This document shows, piece by piece, positions 32,059-39,795 of a stretch of 39,795 nucleotides of DNA. Below the pieces are notes generated by a model. It saw nothing but the letters and a program-made list of their open reading frames with translations, did not search any database and was not told where the DNA came from. The translations under genes were made by a program, and so were the position numbers. Position 1 is the stretch's first letter; every line of letters starts with the position of its first letter. The stretch covers positions 50,954,183 to 50,993,977 of the forward strand of contig NC_068997.1 in NCBI RefSeq assembly GCF_001194135.2, written 5' to 3'. The DNA comes from Octopus bimaculoides. Lineage: Eukaryota.

Positions 32059-35000
32059 TCCAAGATTTAAAAACCCTTGGCTGATAAAAAAAGAAAAGTT
32101 CCAACCTTTGACCATTCAAGATTTTTATTTCAGCCCAGGGTTTTTACCCTCGGATAAATATATTGGTTTTAAGTTTTGGCCCAAGGCCAGCAATTTGGAT
32201 GAGGGGGGAGGGACTCAGTTACATTACCTCCGGTGTTCAACTGGTACTTATTTTATCGACCCTGAAAGGCAAAGTCGACCTCGGCGGAATTTGACCTCAG
32301 AACGTAAACATTTTGCCCGGCGTGCTAACGGTTCTGCCAGCTCGCCGCCCTAAGCCGCGGATTAATAAATTTGATACTAGTATTTCTAGTTGATTTGCCG
32401 GACAAAATGCTTAGCGGCATTTTTGCTAATTGATTCCACTTGGAGACTCGAACCATGCCTGGCTCATTAGGGGCCGGTTTCCCGGTTTCATTGGCGTATA
32501 GGTTCCCCACCTGGACGGGATGCCGATCCATCACAGGTGAGATGCTAGATGCAGGAGGAAAGACTGAAGGAAAGTTGTGGTGAAAGAGTCAGCAGAAGTT
32601 CACCAGTACCTTCTGCCGGAGCCATGTGGAGATTAGGTGGTTCGCTCATAAACACACACATCGCCTGGTCTGAGATTTGAATCCGTGATCGCTCGACCGC
32701 GAGTCTGTTACTCTAAACAATAAGCCATGTGCCCCCAGAAAGAATTATGGATGTAGTTATCTCTTTCAAAAAATAAGACAGTTCGAGCTTAACACGAGAA
32801 GCAAGATTTATGTCCCCGTAATACAAACGAGGGCAAATCAGGAGGATTTTTCAAAGGTATTTGTCAAAGAAAAAAGAAAAATGAATTACTTGGGCAGTAT
32901 TTATCATTGCATGATTAGAATGTAACACATGTCACCCTTGGCATATAAAATGACCCGGTACATTCCTTATCAATGCAGGTCGAAGTGAAGATAATAGCTT
33001 GAAACGAAGGTGGTGCAGTACGATGCAGTTATTGTGCTGTTGATTGTACAGTTGACATCAGCAGAGTTGGTCAATTCTGTTTTAGTTTGCTTCCCAGCCA
33101 CATGGTTCCGGGTTCAATCCCACTGCATGGCACCTTGGGCAAGTGTCTTCTGTTATAGCCTTGGGCTGACCAAAGCCTTGTGAGTGGATTTGGTAGACGG
33201 AGACCGAAAGAAACCCGTCGTATCTCATCGAAACGCTTAGTTTAGAATAGGGGCAGCTGATGAAGGAAATGTTCTCTATGTGGCCTGTGTGTTTTCTGTG
33301 CTCTGTTTATGTTCTGTTTTTCATTTCGTCCATGTTTTTTTTGTGACGTCCTGTACCCAGATATGCATCTATATATACATGTAGATGTAGGTATGTACAT
33401 ACATGNNNNNNNNNNNNNNNNNNNNNNNNNNNNNNNNNNNNNNNNNNNNNNNNNNNNNNNNNNNNNNNNNNNNNNNNNNNNNNNNNNNNNNNNNNNNNNN
33501 NNNNNNNNNNNNNNNNNNNNNNNNNNNNNNNNNNNNNNNNNNNNNNNNNNNNNNNNNNNNNNNNNNNNNNNNNNNNNNNNNNNNNNNNNNNNNNNNNNNN
33601 NNNNNNNNNNNNNNNNNNNNNNNNNNNNNNNNNNNNNNNNNNNNNNNNNNNNNNNNNNNNNNNNNNNNNNNNNNNNNNNNNNNNNNNNNNNNNNNNNNNN
33701 NNNNNNNNNNNNNNNNNNNNNNNNNNNNNNNNNNNNNNNNNNNNNNNNNNNNNNNNNNNNNNNNNNNNNNNNNNNNNNNNNNNNNNNNNNNNNNNNNNNN
33801 NNNNNNNNNNNNNNNNNNNNNNNNNNNNNNNNNNNNNNNNNNNNNNNNNNNNNNNNNNNNNNNNNNNNNNNNNNNNNNNNNNNNNNNNNNNNNNNNNNNN
33901 NNNNNNNNNNNNNNNNNNNNNNNNNNNNNNNNNNNNNNNNNNNNNNNNNNNNNNNNNNNNNNNNNNNNNNNNNNNNNNNNNNNNNNNNNNNNNNNNNNNN
34001 NNNNNNNNNNNNNNNNNNNCATTGATATAAATTCATACATGATATATGTAAATACTTCCTTGTGTACGTGTGTGTGTGTGTGTCAGTGTGTGTGTGTGTG
34101 CCATTGTGTGCGTGCGCGTGTAGCGTCTTTGTATGAAATCCATTCAAGAATTCCTCGTCTCGTCCAAAGATTTCCATATTTCTTCATATTGTCATTATGA
34201 CGTCACAATATCAGAAACGTCTTCTCCAAGACTTTCGTTTCCAATAATATCCAGTCTCTTTCAACCTTTCGCGGTGATTAGAGGCTAGGGAATGTGTGCG
34301 TCGGGGGACACACTCGGACACCTGAAGACTAGAGTGAAGTCAGGGTCATCTTCACCTTGGTTTTGGTGTTTGTGGGGACATTTGGAGCGGACCCTCACAG
34401 GTGTGCCCTCCACACAATTGTTTCCTCATAACCTTCAGAAAACAATGGACATCTTTATGGCAATATTCTACAAATACCTCTCAGATAGCGTATATTACGA
34501 CTCTATCGGAATTTAATGTGAGAAAACTAGAGGTCGCGCACACATAGATACGGACACACATCACAATTTATTTTCAAAATTTCAAGTTCCATTTTGTGGG
34601 TATATATGTTATGTGTGTCGGTATACATGTGTGTTCTTTCGCGACTTTTTGTTTTTCATATTATATTCCGATATAATCGCAATGTACAACATCTGAGAAG
34701 TATTTGTAGAAAATTTCTTTTAAAATATAGCCATTTTGCTGGAAGTTATCAGGAAACAAAGTCGGGGACACAATTGTGTTGGTCTGCCGTTTTATGCACC
34801 TTTGAGTTCTTAAACACCCTCTGTAACATGCTGGTTGGTACCATAACATAGTTACAAGGTGCCCGGTACTGTTCCTTTAACCGTATGAACTCTTAGTCAG
34901 GCAATTTCAGGACAGGAAACCTGGAGGTTCCAACCAGAAACGATACGGTTTCGGATCATTGCTTTAAAGTCTATGAAATAAACAACTTGTTGAAGTTATC

Positions 35001-36814
35001 TCCCTTGCACTGCTACGCTGGTAAAAAATGACGGAAATCAGTTGTCGACTCATTATGTTAAATTTATATTTAATTGTAATAATTTCCTTTTATTTATGAA
35101 ATCAAGGCTTTTCAAACAGAAAAATCGTGACAAATCTCATCATTTTCTTTCCTTTATAAATACGTTATCTTCAGTCCATGNNNNNNNNNNNNNNNNNNNN
35201 NNNNNNNNNNNNNNNNNNNNNNNNNNNNNNNNNNNNNNNNNNNNNNNNNNNNNNNNNNNNNNNNNNNNNNNNNNNNNNNNNNNNNNNNNNNNNNNNNNNN
35301 NNNNNNNNNNNNNNNNNNNNNNNNNNNNNNNNNNNNNNNNNNNNNNNNNNNNNNNNNNNNNNNNNNNNNNNNNNNNNNNNNNNNNNNNNNNNNNNNNNNN
35401 NNNNNNNNNNNNNNNNNNNNNNNNNNNNNNNNNNNNNNNNNNNNNNNNNNNNNNNNNNNNNNNNNNNNNNNNNNNNNNNNNNNNNNNNNNNNNNNNNNNN
35501 NNNNNNNNNNNNNNNNNNNNNNNNNNNNNNNNNNNNNNNNNNNNNNNNNNNNNNNNNNAGAAGGATCGTCAGCCCACCCGGTAGAATGTTTTGCGGCGTT
35601 TCGTTCGTCTTTACGCTCCGAGTTCAAATTCCGCCGAGGTCGATTGTACCTTTCATCCTATTGGAGTCGATAAACAATTGAACATTGGGGTCCACGTAAT
35701 CGACTTATCGCCTCTTCCGAGATTGCTGGTCTTGTGCAATAATTGGAAGCTTATGTATGCAATCCAGTGTAATAAGTACACAACGCTTTGATTCGTATGC
35801 AGTAAGTTTTGATTGCGGTGCTTGCCGGCGTATAGGACGCGAATGTTTAAAGTATTAAATGTAGGAAATATTCAAATTGCCCCGCATCAAATGCGGCGGT
35901 ATTACGGATAGGACATCGAGTGTTCGGGGCTAAAGAGTCAGATAAGCGTAATTCCGCTAAGGACAATAATTGTTACTAATATTAAAGTTGAAAGGGCTGC
36001 GGGCTGGCAGAATCGTTAGCATGCTGGACGAAATGCTTAGCGGTATTTTGTCTGCCGTTACGTTCTCGGTTCAAATTCCGACAAGACCGAATTTACCTTT
36101 CATCCTTTCGAGTCCGATGAAATAATTGCCAGTGAAATACTAGGGTCGATATAATCGACTGGCCCCTTCCCCCAAATTTCAGGCTTTAAGCTTCTAATAG
36201 AAGGGATTATTATTATTATCATTATTATTATTATTATTGTTGTTGTAGATTGACAGAATCGGGTGAGCATCGGACGAATTGCTTTACGTTGTTTAGTTAC
36301 ATCCCATTATTTCAAGTTGCCAGTGAGGTCAACGTAGTTTTTCGTCTCTATGAAATCGATAGAATAAAGTATCGTCCATGAAGTAAAAAAGGTCGATGGT
36401 TTTAATCGGCTTTTTTCCTCCTCGAAAATGCGTCGCCTGTGGCCAATGCGAGAAACAACAACAACAACAACACTGATGATAATGATTACTTCTACTTGTC
36501 ACAGGCATCAGACGAGGAGGGCAGAACTAGGGTAATTTACAATTTGTGTGGTGGTTTACATGAAAGATGAGGTGAAGAGAAGCAGAGGGGAGGGAGAATC
36601 GAGAGAAAAAAGTCTACAGGGGAACTTCCTGACTGGGGCCAATCAAGGAACCTCATAGATTCAGGATCATTCTGACCACCAAGGACAAAAGCTCTCGCCG
36701 ATTTGTTGTTCTCCAATCGCACTGGGGTCGATATAATCGACTTAATCCGTTTGTCTGTCCTTGTTTGTCCCCTCTGTGTGTAGCCCCTTGTGGGCAATAA
36801 AGAAATAAGAAACG

Positions 36815-37000
36815 TTAGCACGTCGGGCGAAATGCTTGGCGGTATTTCGTCTGCCGCTACGTTCTGAGTTCAAATTCCGAGGTCGACTTTGCCTTTCATC
36901 CTTTCGGGGTCGATAAATTAAGTACCAGTTGCATACTGGAGTCGATCTAATCGACTGGCACCCTCACCAAAAGCTTCGGGCCGTGTGCCTAGAGTAGAAA
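36815..37000 (+). mobile_element. CORE-type SINE
   Basis: tRNA-like head, then GGTCGACTTTGCCTTTCATCCTTTCGGGGTCGATAAATTAAGTACCAG (CORE-like domain). Related copies at about 35995-36200(+), 35580-35700(+), 32215-32352(-), 29340-29440(-), 11540-11610(-), 39380-39520(-). Confidence 0.8.
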
Positions 37001-37540
37001 AGAATATGGTCGATGGGAGCTCTCTATGCGGGTGTTCTATAGTGGATTAGTGGAGGGCAAAAGCAACGAGGTTCTTGGGGTAACTCTGGACGTCGAGGAA
37101 AATCAATTGGTTGATCTGTTCCAGAGAAATTTCGAGCATGGACAATTTCTGTAAACTCCTGGTCTGACAATGCTACCGGGTGTCATTGCCGGTTCGTGAT
37201 AAATTCTCTCGGTACTGAAGAGTCGTCAGTCAGGCAGAGTAACGAAACCGTTTTGCACGGATTGGAAATATATCCAAATATTGTTGATTTGTGAAGTTCT
37301 GCCCAATACCTGTTGTTACACGTAGAACGGATCCGGCACTTGGCTGAGTCTACTGTGAGGATCGTACGGCTATTTTCCTTGGTTAGGGGGTAAATACAGG
37401 CAGTGTTTTTTGTCTGATGGCCTTAGCGAAGGAAACTTGTTGAAAGATGGATGAAAATGGCGAGCATAGTCAGCGTATAAACCTGTAGACTGAGGCAGGA
37501 AAATAAGGAGATGGCCCTTGCCCTAATAGTCAGGATGACC
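37000..37540 (-). mobile_element. Possible decayed non-LTR retrotransposon RT fragment
   Basis: GC-richer non-repetitive block, broken frames, LYADY resembling the YADD motif; weak. Confidence 0.3.
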
Positions 37541-37574
37541 GTGGCTTTGTAGGGCCTCCAATTGCAGTCTACAG

Positions 37575-37675
37575 CAATCGCTACCACTACTATCATCGTC
37601 CGTCATCATCATCATCATCATCATCGTCGTCGTCGTCGTCATCATCATCACCGACATTACCACTACTATCATCAC

Positions 37676-37712
<37 letters not shown>

Positions 37713-37825
37713 GTCGTCGTCGTCGTCGTCGTCATCAGAATCATCATCATCACCAATACCACTTCATCATCATCACCACCACTACCACTGCTATCATCAC
37801 CATCATCGTCGTCGTCGTCATCATT
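37575..37825. repeat. Compound trinucleotide microsatellite (CAT/CGT/CAC); a similar tract is at 1-60
   Basis: Read directly from the sequence; explains the poly-His/Met ORFs. Confidence 0.95.
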
Positions 37826-37964
37826 GGTCGTGTAGAACGCCCATCTAATGTATTCTGGAGATCGATAAAATAAGAACCACTTAAATACTTACGTTTAATT
37901 CAATTAACGACTCCTGCAGCCCTGAACGATTATCATGCCGTCAGACCATGGCAGAAATTCCTCC

Positions 37965-38007
37965 CCCCTCCTCCTCCTCCTCCTTCTTCTTCTTCTTATC
38001 ATCATCA

Positions 38008-38059
<52 letters not shown>

Positions 38060-38176
38060 CGATAGTTCTCCCTCTAGGTTNNNNNNNNNNNNNNNNNNNN
38101 NNNNNNNNNNNNNNNNNNNNNNNNNNNNNNNNNNNNNNNNNNNNNNNNNNNNNNNNNNNNNNNNNNNNNNNNNNNN

Positions 38177-38263
<87 letters not shown>

Positions 38264-38265
38264 TT
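37965..38265. repeat. (CCT)n-(TCA)n-(TTA)n and (CTTT)n microsatellites around a gap
   Basis: Read directly from the sequence. Confidence 0.95.
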
Positions 38266-39006
38266 AATGTATGTATGTATGTATGCAGTTTTGCATGCAA
38301 TGTACGCACGTTCTGATATTGTTAAATTTTCTCACAATTGGGAAAAATATCCTTGTTTTTAGCTTAGAAACAAGTAGCTTCCTTTGGAATTTGGCCAACC
38401 ACTTGACTGATGTGTGTATATATGTATATATACATATGTAAACGTGTATGTACATATATATATACACACACACACACACACAAATTCTTATAGCATACAT
38501 AATTACCCATTATCCATTTTATCATAGAATTTTAAAATGTTTTAGGTTTTGGTTAATGAAGGTTTGCACGTTGATTGTTATATTTGATGGCAACATTTTA
38601 CACAAAATTTACAATTCAAAATGGTCACAGTTTGCTTTCTTCTTAGAACTTAATCTTTTCTCAACTGAAGTGTATGATTTATGTTTAGATAACGAGTAAA
38701 TGTATGTGCCGCACCCGGTATATACCCGGTATACACACTGGCATTCCGTCGGTTACGACGACGAAGGTTCCTCTTGATCCGATCGATGGAACAGCCTGCA
38801 CGTGAAATTAACGTGCAAGTGGCTGAGTATTCCACAGACACGCGGCCGTTACGTTCCAAAATCCACCACGATAGATGAAAATCTGCGAAGTAGAAACAGT
38901 ACTGTACCGTATATTTTTTTAAATTGCTTTCATGATTTGAATATATTTATTTTATTATAAATGCAAAACAACACCACGAAGGAATCGACGTAAGCTTAAA
39001 TAATAA

Positions 39007-39060
39007 ACCGCGATAGGTGAACCGCGATAGGTGAACCGCGATAGGTGAACCGTGATATAG
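39007..39060. repeat. 14-bp tandem repeat AACCGCGATAGGTG x~3.5
   Basis: Read directly from the sequence. Confidence 0.9.
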
Positions 39061-39795
39061 CGAGAGATTACTGTACATGTCCAGTAAGCTCGTCGTCATC
39101 AATTCATCGTTTTTTCTTTTTAGTAAACTAGTTTTTAACTATTAATGGCGAGACACTATGGATGTATTTTCTTGGTGAACCTTCTTCGTGATGAACTTGC
39201 CTGTAAACTTAACACTATGTTAGCAATTGGTAGATATGTCCACCACTGTTTACAACAACGCTTTTCTCTGGAGTTTTTTTTTTCCCGACTCCATTACAAA
39301 AACATTCTATCATTATTCTTTCATATTGGTTTCAAATTTTAGCACAATGCCAGCAGTTTCAGTAGGGGAGTGTGTATAAGTCGATTACATAGATATTCAG
39401 TTCTCAACTGGTGTTTATTTTATCAACACAGAAAGGGCGAAACACAAAGTCGACCCTGGCGGCATTTGAACTCAGACAGTAAAGACGAACGAAATGCTGC
39501 TAAGCATTTTGTCCGGCGTCATTATTCTTTTTAATTTCATGATTTTCCTATCCAAAGTTTGCGTTGAACAGTGTTTTGCTTGCATCATACGTCAGGGGCA
39601 GATGATAACGCGATGAGATTTTCAAACGGGAGGTCATGGCGAATTTTATTTTCTTTTTCTTTAAATACAATTTTTAGTGATTGTCAGAGAATAAGTAACT
39701 CAAAAAACCAGAACAGAATTCAGTGTAAATGGAATCATTTATTACTTTTTAACTTTTTCAATACATGTTAATAAAAAGTTACTTGTTTATATATA

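Noticed and set aside
27582-35681. Long ORFs in the track spanning N runs (27582-28201, 31187-31948, 33242-34200, 35042-35681)
   Set aside because: Open only because the N gaps contain no stop codons.
37523-38316. Poly-His/Met/Leu/Asn and KERK ORFs
   Set aside because: Translations of tri- and tetranucleotide microsatellites and N gaps.

Overview
AT-rich, repeat-dense animal genomic DNA. The SINE families suggest an octopus or related coleoid cephalopod; this is pattern recognition, not a database result. One host protein-coding gene can be reconstructed with confidence: ATIC (bifunctional AICAR transformylase/IMP cyclohydrolase, PurH) on the minus strand. It has 19 exons (CDS 30739->6588, 1797 nt, 598 aa) with GT-AG junctions and matching phases throughout; exon 1 is the least certain. 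The 3' introns of ATIC carry at least three same-strand box C/D snoRNAs: SNORD10/mgU6-77-like in intron 12, SNORD95-like in intron 15, and a SNORD30-like 18S guide in intron 18. There is also a weaker H/ACA candidate in intron 17. All lie downstream of a TATA + TCT(5'TOP)-type promoter-like element with a strong splice donor inside intron 11. This suggests a nested snoRNA-host transcription unit that reuses the 3' half of ATIC. Intron 6 holds an antisense Tigger/pogo element with an open transposase ORF (interrupted only by an N gap), a D->G change at the second catalytic Asp, decayed TIRs and a nested hAT MITE. The rest is SINEs, MITEs, a decayed maT mariner, microsatellites and N gaps. Nearly all other ORF-track entries are spurious. 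Comparisons to human ATIC, snoRNAs and rRNA are from recalled sequences and need alignment to confirm.
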